Source: Psilocybe cubensis (Eukaryota). From it: 64,000 nt of DNA. Shown here piece after piece: positions 28,588 to 41,171 of this stretch (position 1 is its first letter; every line of letters starts with the position of its first letter). A program made the translations under genes and the position numbers. The DNA lies in contig CM039002.1 in assembly GCA_017499595.2 (NCBI GenBank), positions 2,232,001-2,296,000 of the forward strand, written 5' to 3'. Below the pieces are notes generated by a model, which was not told the DNA's origin, made no database searches, and saw nothing but the letters and a program-made list of their open reading frames with translations.

Positions 28588-30019
28588 ATGCCCCCCCACC
28601 CAAGTTCGAGCAGTGCGAGCCACCCTCCGGTCACACTCACTCTTCACAATGGGCTTATGGTATGCGCTTTTCATCTTCTTTTTGCACCCTTTGACGCGTT
28701 ATTGTGTCTAGGCGAAGCTCAAACCGTCCAAAATTTTCAAAACGGCAGTCGAACCAGCCCCCAAACCACCATCACCAGTAGGTCCCGGTCAACATCAAAA
28801 AGCAGCCCCACCTGCACGAAGCGTAACAGGGATATGCTTCGACGACAGAGGCGATCAACTAATTACAGCTGGTGAAGATGAAACCTTCAAGCTGTACAGT
28901 TGTAAGTCGGGCAAGTAAGTTGTGCCCTCGTTGTTCGTGTTGTTGTACGGTTCTTGATCGCCCTCAATAGACTCACAAAAACGTTCTATTCGAAGAAATA
29001 TGGCGTCGATCTGCCACGTTTCACCCACAAAAACACTGCCATTCTTCATGCATCAACGAAAGAAGATGATACGATTCGCTACCATTCTCTCCACGACAAT
29101 AAATACCTTCAATATTTTCGTGGTCACAAAGCCAGGGTTGTCTCCCTTGAAGTTTCACCGATAGATGATGGGTTCATGTCAGGGTCCATGGACAACACTG
29201 TCCGTCTCTGGGACCTCCGAACCCCCAACTGTCGAGGTCTATTGACCCTTCCTAACAATTCCGTTGTGGCATACGATTCTTCTGGAATGGTTTTTGCTGT
29301 CGCCGTGAATGAATATTCTCGAATACTTCTATATGACACGGCAAACTACGACAAGGCCCCTTTTATCACTATCCTTCTTGAAGATCCTGCTTTGGCTCTC
29401 AAAAGTTACCCTCCCCGTCCGATCTGTATGACATCTCTGTCATTTTCGACGAATGGAAAATATCTCCTTGTTGGGTGCTCAAGCGATACGCATTACATAC
29501 TAGACGCGTTTGACGGGTTTCTGATTGCAAAGCTGGAGGGACATATAGGTTTAGAACGAACAAGGATTAATGCGCAGTTGGACATCAAACCGTCCAAAGG
29601 TATCAGCGGGGAAGAAGTCAGTTGGACCCCGGATAGCAAGTATGTTATTGGCGGGAGTCTCGATGGAAGAATCTTCATATGGGATATCACAAATTTGCCT
29701 CCCCGCCCCGACCCCGAACCCACTATACCATCTCGACCTGATACCATTTTGTCGTCTCGAGCAGAAGCCGAGCGCAAAAAATTTCCTGTGCGGTTGAATC
29801 CCATTGTTGCCTTGGATGCTCATCCGGGACCATCACGGTGCGTCAAGTTCAACCCACGGCTTGCAATGATGGCTAGTGCGGGAACAGAATTGGTTCGTAA
29901 TGATTTACGTCTTCCTCTGAATTACGGGCTGAAGAATTTTACAGGCCTTCTGGCTTCCTGATACTTCCGGGGATGCAGAAGAGGCTGCAAAGGATCTGCT
30001 CAAGAAAAGAACTGCTTGA
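28588..30019 (+). CDS. SWD2: WD40 protein Swd2/WDR82 (COMPASS / CPF subunit), 4 exons
   Basis: SKKYGVDLPRFTH, DDTIRYHSLHDNKYLQYFRGH, SGSMDNTVRLWDLR, FNPR...AFWLP; ATG 28588, stop 30017-30019. Divergent from RPB5 across 112 bp. Confidence 0.92.
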
Positions 30020-30544
30020 AGCGCGTGTCTTGCAAACTTCTCTTGTTTCATACTTGTCCCAACAATCACGACCGCCGGCTATGATCTTTTGCAAATCTGG
30101 CATTTTTTAACGATGTGTATCAGGATGATTGTTTTTTTCTTCATTGCTTGGACTTGATCGCTTTCAGTATATTATTGTATTAGTATTGCTACGGAGGACG
30201 GCCATAGCCGCCGAACTTATTGCAATGAACATGTGTATTAACAGTGAAACTAGGCTGTTAAGAATCCATTACATTACAAGTTCAAGATATGTATTATTTG
30301 CGGATCCTTTCAATGAAGGAGGTGAGATTTTCCTGAGGATCCTGGAACTGGGATGATCTGCATGGGTACCTGAACGTTATCAGATAAGATAATTATTTGG
30401 TCACATGATGCAACACCCGTTTCTCTTGCGGACGTGGCAAGGAGAAACAACGAAACGAAATTTCGCAAGGTTCTCTTCACTTCTATATCCCATTTTCAAC
30501 TTTTTTTCTGGTATTTTGTCTCCATCTCCCTCGGCTTCCTGAAT

Positions 30545-31745
30545 ATGCGTTTTGGGTCTCTTTTCGGTGCCGCTTTATCTCTGGTGGCTTTCGCGACTGC
30601 AGTCGTATCGTGTACGCGTCTCTACTTCGTCATCTCCGATCCACATACACCCGACTTACATGGACGTCTTTTCTGTTTGGTATAGCTGAAGAGGAGAACG
30701 GACCGGAGCTCGTGGCTACTGCTGCTTTCCCAGAAACGAATGCATTCAACCGTACGCCATCAACAGAACACTTTTGCCTTTAATATCCTGACTTGTCGGC
30801 TCCCTCAATCCAGATGTTGTTAACGGCGAGAAGAACCTTTTGACGATTACGGTTGAAAACAAGTCGAAGAACAACGTAACGCTGTTGAACATTGGTGGCG
30901 CACTGCTTAACCCCGACACCAACGCTGTCCTCAAGAACGTGAGCACCATTATACTGTTTGTCATTTGCACCTCGAGTTGACGCGCGTCTACAGTTGACCA
31001 CTGTCAAATACACAGTGCCCCTGATTAATGATGTCAAGATCCAAATCCCATTCACTTTCTACAGCCAGTGAGTGCATCACTTCTACCTCATGTTTGCCAT
31101 CCGCTCATCTCGCAAAAAAGGTTAAAGGTATAACTATGTATAGCAGTATACGGTTGACCCATTATTAACTGTATCTCTCTAATCAGCCAGGCGACCATCG
31201 TCTGAACGTATGGATTGAGCACAGCTCAGAAGTACGTACTCACAGCATTTTCAGCTAAAACGACTTATCCAATACTCACTGCGACTTTTCGCGTTTAGGC
31301 CGGCAAGTCCAAGACTGAGGCCTTGGACACTATCGTCACCGTCGTGGAACCGGAACTCTCGATCTTTGACCTCAAACTGTACGTGCGATCGGATGATCTT
31401 ATTCATTTTCTTTTCCCCGTCCATCACCCCACTCACCGATCAAACAGTTTGTCTACATACGCGATCGTCGCAGCTCTTCTCGGAGGATTATTGTACCTTG
31501 CGTATACCACCTTCGTTCCTCAGCCCAAGAAGTCCAAGGCCAAGAAGGCTGCCGTGAGCGCTCCAGTCGGCACCGTCACTGCTACCGGAGCTGGAGGATA
31601 CCAGGAGGAGTGGATCCCTGAGCATCATCTCAGGAAAGGCAAAGGCTCCAAGAAGCAAGGCGCACTCAGCGGCACCAGCGGTGACGAACTCAGCGGCGCA
31701 GAGACCAGCGGTACCGAGGGCAAGCGACGAAAGGGAAAGAAGTAA
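30545..31745 (+). CDS. Translocon-associated protein alpha-like (SSR1/Irc22) type I membrane protein
   Basis: Signal peptide MRFGSLFGAALSLVAFA, FPETNAF.HVVNGEKN, VTVVEPELSIFDLKL, one TM helix, YQEEWIPEHHL, basic tail. Confidence 0.8.
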
Positions 31746-32256
31746 ACTTATTAAGTTGCTCTTCACTCCATAGGGTTGCTTTGGGTTGATGATGGATGTG
31801 TAACAAAACTTTACGCGTTCCTTTTACCGCGTAATAACTATTTATGCACAGATATTGATACTTAATAATTGGCTACTTTTGTCAAACTCAATCTTGGCTG
31901 ATTTTATGAAGGTGTATCGCAAATTTAAGTTTGTAGGCGCATGGGGTTTGGACTTTCCTCTTTCTCTAATGACGTTTCATACCAGAGTGATGAGTGCTAC
32001 ATCATTGTACTGGCTGGTTACATTGTGCATCCGCAAGTACAACTCTTGTTGACGGTCTCACGCAGCACAAACCCGATAATCATTATTGTTGGTAGGAACT
32101 GAAAATGTAAAGCCAAAAATAAGCGCTCGTTGCCGTAGTGGGCGCCTGACCCTTGTCAATCGTTTCATCTTCTCTGTTTTCCAAAATTGCACCTAGAACA
32201 TTGAAAAACAAGACGGAAGGAACTACTACTTCCTGTTTCTTGCAGTCAAAATATAA

Positions 32257-33590
32257 TTAACACAAGAAACATTTCCAGCACGACACCGGCGTGTACTCAG
32301 TCTCATCATCACCATCACCTACAGACCCAATCCCCGATTTCCCCTCGGCTACTTCGGTGACTACTTTGTCCCCCACAGGCAGTGTATTATCCGCTTTGCG
32401 CATGGATGCGAAAGCCGTTCGGCGGTATGTCGTCGCCATCCTTGGTTCTGTTTCAGCATCTTGTGGTACAGGTGGGGTGCCAAAGGATATGTGCGCTAAT
32501 GATGCCCTTGCGAAAGCTTGAAGGAGTTGAATATTAAGCTCCTCAGGAGCATGTGCAACTTCGTTTAAAGATGCATTGTTGAGGACCTCAGCGATTCTCC
32601 GATCCGTGTCTTCTGCCTTTGTCATCGTGGACATGTTTGGGATAGGACAAGTATAGGTCGAAGCTACCACCAAGGCATCTACTGACCGGGCAATATTTGC
32701 AATGGCAATTTGTACATCCTGACGACCTGTTCGACATGATTCTACCAAAGCATATAGTGTTTGATCAGGCGCCCCAACATGCATTTTCTCTGGGTATCTA
32801 GAATCGTGGATGGAATTTTGCAGCGTCGAACTGACGGAGACGCAAAATTGTCGTAAATGGGATAGATATGCTTGTGTATCGCTGATTGAGGAGATAATTG
32901 ACCGTGCCGACTGTCCAATGTCTGGATTCGCTGACGAGATGCTGGCGCGAACGAAAGACTGAGTCTCGGGAGATAATCCTGGGGGAACTGTGCCAACAAA
33001 CAAAATGAAAGAAGTACACAAGCAACAATTGAGTAATTCAGGTGCTGTACATATTTCATGGCCAAAACCGACATACCAAAGGGTTCAGGCGTAGAGCTTG
33101 TATCACCGTTTCTCGAGGAGCACGAAGAGACTGGTTGACAATTGACAGCTTCAAATCCCCTTCCTATATCTTCACTTCGCGCAATCGCCATCTCGAAGGA
33201 GGACAAAAGTTCCCCAACGTCCTTCAAGATATCCTGTAGAAATTCAACCATGTCCTGTTCCTGAATTGCAAATGCCGTAGTTGGACTCCGAATCCCTGTG
33301 TAAGTCACATCGGCTTGCGATTGTACAGCAACGAGCAAGTCTCCCATAACCTTATACATTGCCCGCAGTGTTCCTGCGATATCGTCGCTCCAGAATGTCT
33401 TCAAGTTGCCTTGGAGAGCCGCCAGTTGTGCTGGCACATCTTCTGGGAATGCCAGGCCCCGAGTGAATTGCGGCGCAGCTGCGCCAGAGTTGAAGAGGCC
33501 TACAGTAAGGTCGTGTGAACACGCCATAGTAAACTCTAAGGAGCTACTGAGGCCTGCCAACACGGCGTTGAGATTCATCCGGTCTGACAT
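32257..33590 (-). CDS. Hypothetical protein of about 415 aa, predicted alpha-helical, Cys-rich C-terminus (CWKCFLC), 2 exons
   Basis: ORF 33590-33078 joins the 32257 ORF in frame through a GTATGT..CAG intron (about 33077-32990). Confidence 0.65.
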
Positions 33591-35232
33591 ATCTTCACGG
33601 TGGAGGGTGCACTTTGTATTGAGACATCGAACGCTATCCCACTCTTAAAGCCAGACAGGCATCAGAGAAGAAGTGAAGCCATTGGAACGAGGCAAATCAG
33701 ACTAGCAATGCTTTGCACTGCATTTAACCATCTGGTCAACTCACCGGCGCTAAATAGTGACTCGGCTGCACAGCTAAACAATCATTCAGTGGTGGACCCA
33801 CATTTGAAATGGAAATCCAATGCCTACTTCAGTACATTTCAAGGCACAAGTGGGCTTTACCTCTTAGACTTCAGCGCTTTAACTACACAAGTAGTACTCA
33901 TGAGCAACTTGCGTGAGTCATGCGGTCATGCGAATCTAGAGCATGAGAAAAGACGCCGAAAATACGCTTCTATATGCCTCCTGCTATCGCATCGTACAAA
34001 GAAACGGCCTAGACTATATACTGAGGGGTAGGGAAGTTCTCCTTGGCTTTGTAAAGCGAAACTGTTTTCTCTGTGAGCAGACGGCACACAGCAATTCCAA
34101 GTATACTACCCTATGCAAGGGGAATGTACTTCGACCAATATTAGAGCAATACCCCCAGGTCTGCCCAGAATCCATGTGGAGAAGAAATTGTAAGTTTGGT
34201 TGGCTTCCGGCTGTTACACACCTATCAATCCGAATCTATGACACTCTCGCCGCGGCCCATCCCATGAAAGAGCAAAGGTTAATTCCAGTAGAGACCGTGC
34301 TCTGCAAATTATCCAGAGGCTCTGATACACCTGTCCGCAATCCACCTCATGTCTTTGAGAGTCTAAAGTTCAATAAAATCGGAGCCTCGGCAATGTAGTG
34401 GTAGTGGTGACGACGGAAGTACATGCCAAAAATGTGCCTAGTTTTCCCTCTCACGCTGGCGTCAGGGTTGCACTAAGAGAAAAAAAAACCTACAGAGTAG
34501 CTTGTAAGAGGCATTGATTCGCATTGACGTATGTGAATCTTAGACCACGGTGCAAGCCGACGCGGTATAAAAGCGCTATATGTACGCTTCTATACACATC
34601 GTGTCACCGTCTTGTGCTGCGCAACGACACCGACTACAGACCATACAGGGCAGTGTCTCTGGCCATGTAGTTTGCACAAGAAGTTGTAAAAAGCCTATTT
34701 TCAAGCTTGAGGTCACATCAGGGGAAGAAGACATCATCTGCAGAACTGCTTCGAGTTCTAACTGACCACTGGGTGTATTGTATACTAGCCGGTGTAGTTT
34801 GATGGCTGCCCTGGGGCGCAGCTGAGAATTTGCGCGTGCTTGAAACGCGAGGCGAGAGAGAACGTTCTAGCATGAGAATCACCTTCGCTATGTGTACTAC
34901 GTGCACAACAGCGTGGGGTCGACGACCTTCGAGGGCGCTTGTGTAGCCACTTTATAAACTCAGCGGCATATACATCCCTGAGTCTTCATTCGATAAGATA
35001 CAATCGGAGCCTGACAGGAAGAAAAGGTAAAACCATTACCGTTGATAAGATTTGGTCCACTGACATTGTTTATTCTGGCGTCAGCACATATACATGGATC
35101 TGCAGCAAAGGCAACAACAACCTGATGATATTTTGACCGAATGGGCTGAAATCGGCAAGAGGCAACCGGGCGATTGTGAGAGCCTTGTCGAGATAGCGTG
35201 CAAGAGCATGTCGATCCTAGAACCTTGGACAC

Positions 35233-36449
35233 ATGCAACGTAAGATGTCTTGTCCTTATTCTCATTCCAATCAAGTTATCTTATCAAAGTTCCGCGAAGC
35301 TCGAAACATCCAGATGTCATGCCCATCATCGAGCGCGTCCAGGCAAATGCGTCCGACTTCATCGCCATCCTCCACACGAGCAAAGACGTCGCAAAGCGAG
35401 GGTACAAGCTCAGCCAGGATATGGTGCGGCTGTGCGACCATTTCTTGGACAAGAACGTCCACACGAACGAGTTGGAAGAGTATATTTCGGACATGGTGAC
35501 TACAGCGACAGAGGCCAACGCTGAGTCGACGCATGTCGTATCTGCGTTCCGCGATGTCCGACAAGGACTGTTCGGTGTGAGTGTCTTCATTAAATGCGAT
35601 TAAATGACTCCGGGCCGGATTTTGAGCGCATACATTCGCAGATAACGAGCGTGATACCTGCCAAAGTTGCCAAAATAGAAGATGCGCGGCAAGGGGAACT
35701 GAAGAAAATGGAGAGAGGTATCAAGAGAGGGGAAAGAGCAAAGATGCTCAAAATCTGCAGTACGACATTAGCTGCTGTTGCGGGAGGAATAGCCCTCATC
35801 GCGTGTCCGCCAGCTCTGATCGTATTGCCCATCGCACTGCCGCTAATATCGCTCGTGGCGGAGGCCTTTGAGAACAAGGCTACGCGAAAAATAGCAGGTG
35901 AGGTACATTTCTGGTCAGATGTATATATAGTAAAGCAGGTGACAGAGCCACAAAGCTGACCTGTTGAGCATTGTGTGGGGTGGATGAAATAGATAGACAG
36001 ATGCGCGAACAAAACTGCCGTGACGCCCTGGAGATGATAGAAAAAATCAGCCACGACCTCGCGCGGTTCGGGGAATGTATAGATAGATTCGCAGAATTCT
36101 GGGGTCTCATCGAGTTAACGCTCGAAATGATATCAGGACGAGCGCAAGACCTGCGTGGATCTCGCGCCTTGCGATTGCGACTGAAAGGCATCAGGTCAGA
36201 CTGGGTAGATATCTCCCAGTCATACCAAACTTATACCATCAAGGTGATTTAATTCATGGCTAGACATAGCTGATTGTTGGATGACTCGTGCTGACATTTA
36301 TGTCATAGATTGAACACCTTTGCAAGTTGATGGCGTCCGAGGGCGTTTTGGGGGTCCAGACCGCCGACGAAAGAAAAGTGAATACCGATAATTCAGGAAA
36401 GAGTCCCAAGGTGACAAGGCAAACACTTGGTAGTGATGAAAAGGCTTGA
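35233..36449 (+). CDS. Hypothetical helical protein with a central hydrophobic hairpin, 5 exons
   Basis: Four GT-AG introns join the exons in frame: MQLPRSSKHPDVMPIIERV...TTLAAVAGGIALIACPPALIVLPIALPLISLVAEAF...FAEFWGLIE...WVDISQSYQTY...EKA*. Confidence 0.75.
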
Positions 36450-37027
36450 TCACTTTTCAGCTTCCAATCATCCCTTGCGACTGAACGAAACGCGGAGCGG
36501 GAACAGTCGACAGGGATATATATATCAAGCTGGGACAACGTACAGGGTTAGAAATAGAATGTTTGATATTTATGTGGATGACAATCATATGGAGAGACAG
36601 ACGACCTTGATGACTGGGTGCTCCTAGTACAACTGTAAAAGTGTCTCGTAAAAATACGCTAGAGGGTTGACCCCAGTTGAGCGACATACCACCGCTGTGT
36701 ACAGGTTTCCTGGAGGCGTAGTTGAATATTTTATCAACAGCAGAGTACGCCTGTCCTCGACAAGCTACTCCGAGTTTAGTGGTAGAAGGAGTGTATTGGC
36801 TACCAACTTGCGATGGACGTTGTATCAGGACGTGTTAGATGGGTGGGAGCACAGCCCCGGCGCGTTTGTTTGTGCATGCTTGGTTTGACATTGTTCCCCT
36901 TGCCATTATAGGGCGGACTTGTGGGTGTCCTCATTCCCCCACTGTTCGCCGCGCCAGGCCCTTTTCTTCTTCTCCTGTCACCCGCTTTTCTGCCTTTCCC
37001 CCGTCCACCCAGAGTTGATACACAGAT

Positions 37028-38125
37028 ATGGCTGCCAGGGTCTGTTGGCCCGTTAATATCCCCCTTTTCCATGCTGATATCATGCTCAGGCTCAGTTCTT
37101 GAGGGAGTACAAGCTCGTCGTTGTCGGAGGAGGAGGTGCGTTGCAAGCCATTCTTAGCCACCCATTTTATCTCATAGAGCTCTCTAACAGGTGTCGGCAA
37201 ATCCGCTTTGACTATTCAGTTCATTCAGAGCCATTTCGTCGACGAGTATGACCCTACCATTGAGGGTAAGCACAACCCGAGCTCCGGTCACTCTCAAATT
37301 GTACTCAGCGCCTTTGCAGACTCATACCGCAAGCAGTGTGTTATCGACGAAGAGGTTGCGCTTCTCGACGTTCTCGATACAGCTGGCCAGGAAGAATATG
37401 GGTGAGTAATTCTCGCATCAATCCCATCACTTGTCCCATCTGCTTTTGGGCGGACAACGCACGCCATTTCGCGCCTCGAGGCTTCGTCCTCCCGAAATTT
37501 TTTTCACGCCTTGTCGCCCGTCTAAAATGTCTTATGGCCATTCTGACCCTGACGTCTTCCCGACAGCGCCATGCGGGAGCAATATATGCGAACAGGAGAG
37601 GGGTTCCTTCTCGTGTATTCCATCACCTCGCGCGACTCCTTCGAGGAAATCAGCACCTTCCACCAACAGATCCTGCGTGTAAAGGACCAAGACTCGTTCC
37701 CCGTCATCGTTGTTGCCAACAAGTGTGACTTAGAGTATGAGCGACAGGTTGGCATGAATGGTACGTTCCTAAATTCTTCCCTCGTGTCCACCCCAACCCG
37801 ACCCTTAACAACGCGCCACTTCAGAGGGACGTGACCTTGCAAAACACTTTGGATGCAAGTTTATTGAGACTTCGGCCAAGCAACGGATCAATGTCGATGA
37901 GGCTTTCAGTAACCTCGTTCGTGAAATCCGAAAGTACAACAAGGTAAGCGCATGATTTTGTATTGACCGTATGTCATTCGTATCTAAAGCATCCTTTCTT
38001 CGTAGGAACAACAAACCGGCCGTCCCGCTATGACTGGAACCAACAGCAATGCCCCCGGCTCGTATGGCACCCAGAACCAGCACGAGGAAACTCCAGGATG
38101 CTGCGCAGGATGCGTCGTACTCTAA
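37028..38125 (+). CDS. ras1: Ras GTPase (Ras1 type)
   Basis: [54 protein letters not shown]-terminal GCCAGCVVL (CaaX plus palmitoylation cysteines). Confidence 0.96.
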
Positions 38126-38682
38126 GCTGTCCTATCCTTTCTATTCTCCTTGCATAGTTCACATTTTTACTTTTTTTTCTCATACTCTCTGACTACCTTC
38201 TATCTTTTATTACCCCGCAACCCCTGCACCTAAACCCTTTCCTATGCTCTATCTCCATCACTGCCCCCTCACAACACTCCTCAGCCCCTTCGCCTCCCAG
38301 TTTTGCTATAGTTTTCGGAATTCAGCCTTTCCTTTCCTTTCCTTTTCTCTTCCCCATCCATCGGTCGGAATATTTTTTGCATGATTACATGGCAAATATG
38401 TATACATTACAGTTTTAGATCCAATTTTCCTTCTCTTTCCCGTCATAGCTACTTTGTGTATTGCTTAAAAGTTAACGTTAAAACATGGTAACCATCATGT
38501 TGGTCGCTTTTACTTGGGAAAAAGCGAAGTAGCAATTCTCACTTGGCGCATCAGAGGGACTAAAGGATCTTCCCATCTATCGAACTTTGATTTGCATTGG
38601 AGCCATCGTGTCCTATCTTGCGCGTTCCAGTCTGAACGACGGCGCGATATATCAACATCGCGGACGATAGTAGGTATCCACA

Positions 38683-39813
38683 TCAAAAAGATGATGTTTC
38701 ATCCACCGGATGTTTCTCAGACGTCGAGTCTGTCGAAGCAGAATCTATAAAATACCCAATCCCATTTCTACATCAGTACAACAAGAAACACCAACTGTGG
38801 GGTGAGGGGAGTCGTGAGTGACGTACCAACCACGTCTTCCTCGTTCACAAACCGGAACGAGTCGATTCCGAGCTCGTATTTGCCCTCGATGCCGCTGTTC
38901 CCTCCTAGAATCGAAATGCCTATGCTCTTGATCTTCTCGCGGTACATGGTAATCTGTTTCTTCGACATTTCACCTGCATTCGTTCGCACAAAGTTGTCAA
39001 ATGGGACCTACAAATGCTAACACCGTCAGCGCTTTGCACGAGCACAAATGAGAGGAGGACGACGACTGGAGAATTATTACGCACAAAAACGTCTTCCCAG
39101 GTGTTATGTTTCCGCAAGTACAGTCGGTGTTGCCACAGGTCGGTCGAGACGGGCCCGGCGGTCTGGATGTTGACAAAGTACGAGCTGTGTGTCTGTGGTT
39201 CGCCCGCGAGGCGCACGCGCAGGGCCAGGTAATCGAACAGTGACGCGTCCTCCGTCAAATTGCCGTACAGAAACGCGGGCCTGTTCTATAAATCGCAAAG
39301 CAATGCATAGATAAGATTTTTTCGGAAACGACACCAACACCATCGAAAAATAGAAACACCCATAAGAAAAGAAAACTAATAAGATATAAAATGCACAACG
39401 CACCTTATTCCTAAACCCAGCATACCCCCCACGAATCTTCGTCTCCATTCCCGGCTTGACGCTCAGCCGCATCTCCCCACGAAACACGCCCGTCGCAGTT
39501 TTGCCAATCGGCTCATTCACCTCGGGCCTCTCGTCGAGCTCCAGCGCGACCGTGGACAGCCCACCAATGTCCCCGTCGCAGCCCGTCGCGAAGCCCTGTA
39601 TGTCCTCCGCCGTATTGAACGTGAACACAGTCTTCGGTCCACGCGCAGGTGCGTCCGCGCCTTTCATTAGAACGACTAGAATAGGTAGTTTGGGATTTCG
39701 TAATTTAGTTCTGGGGTATGACAGTGGGGGGATAAATGTAAATACCAACCATTCTCTACACGCTTGCCAAAGATCTGTATGGATCTTTCTAAGAACTTCC
39801 GTAGATGTGACAT
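38683..39813 (-). CDS. CIA30: Complex I intermediate-associated protein CIA30 / NDUFAF1
   Basis: GCDGDIGGLSTVAL, GGYAGFR, YLALRVR, YFVNIQT, DLWQHRL, REKIKSIGIS, GKYELGIDS. The last exon is ambiguous (two possible acceptors). Confidence 0.85.
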
Positions 39814-41127
39814 GTTCAATATGCAGTGCCAATTATCGAGATGTATCGACGAGTAAGTTTTGTTGCTGATGAAGACAAATTCCAATATGGGAGAACGTTC
39901 TGATTATGTGCGACTGAGTTTCAAGCACAACACATAAAGCACTTGTATTTCATCAGCTCTAGTCGTAGACATTTGTGTAGAGTAAAAGCCCACATGAAGT
40001 GCGTTAAATCAGACGGCCTGAAGCTGAAGTTGAAGGAGATATGTGATAGAACAGAATGAAAGATTCCAATTTCCAAAGGCCGCGCCGCAAGTTCGACTGT
40101 CGTCACTATTTTGACCGTCACGTGTAGCCCCTATTCATGGCGACGCGTCAACTCGCAATATATGATTGTCAGGATTCTGTTTTGCTCAAGATGAAAGACA
40201 ATTGAAACAGAATTATGAGTATTAGTAAATAATCCAATATTCCCTTGAGAGTCCTAGTTAATCGGCCCATGTATATCACGTTAAACAAGTGGTATGTATG
40301 CAACCCCAGTTTTTCGAACACAAAAACTAAAAATGCGAAAGGCGATTATACTTATTCTTAGTAGATACCCAAGTAGGATCCTGCCAGCATGCAAATAAAA
40401 ATACAATGTCCCATCCAGAATAATAAGAATAATCAACGACGTCTCGCATTCCCTCTGGGATCAATAGCCCATACACTACGGGCATTGGCCTATTTATTCT
40501 GTCTATTAATCGTTGAATAAATGTCAAAAAAATCAATAATTTCTTCCATATTTGATCATCGATTTCATTGTAATTAAATTTGAAATTTAATCTGCAATTT
40601 AGTCGTGTTTCTTCCAATGTTTAAATCGCAGATTTTATCCACGATTTCAGTCAGTTTAAATGAGGAAGAAATGACAAACGAAATGAGACATATCTTACTC
40701 GGGTCCCGTTTGATATTTAAATAAATGAATAATAAAAATTAAACTTGATGGGTTAAAAATATTATGTTAAACAATATAATTATATTATATAATCCAGTAA
40801 TATATTCAGTTTGTGACGAGTGACATATAGTGCCAAGAATTCATACCCCAAGTGAGGAGGCGCTTAACTGAATGAAGGTTAAGACATACATACACCAAGA
40901 GGTGGGAGATTTGATTAGTTTAGTCACTTCGTACTTTACAAGTGTATGTATAACGTTATTATATTTCTATCAAGTCCTAAAAAACGACGCTCGTGCGGGA
41001 TCGAACGCACAATCTTACAAACAAAAGGGAATGAAACGAATGACTTTACCACTGCACCATACAGGTTACAGGTATTTGTATTTCAGATGGTTCAAGTCCC
41101 TAAGACGCCCAGCAGAGTTCTAAAAAT

Positions 41128-41171
41128 GTCGTCGTTGGAACAGTCGTCCGTCCGACTGTTCCAACGACGAC
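41128..41171. repeat. Perfect 19-bp inverted repeat with a 6-nt loop
   Basis: GTCGTCGTTGGAACAGTCG-tccgtc-CGACTGTTCCAACGACGAC. Confidence 0.92.
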
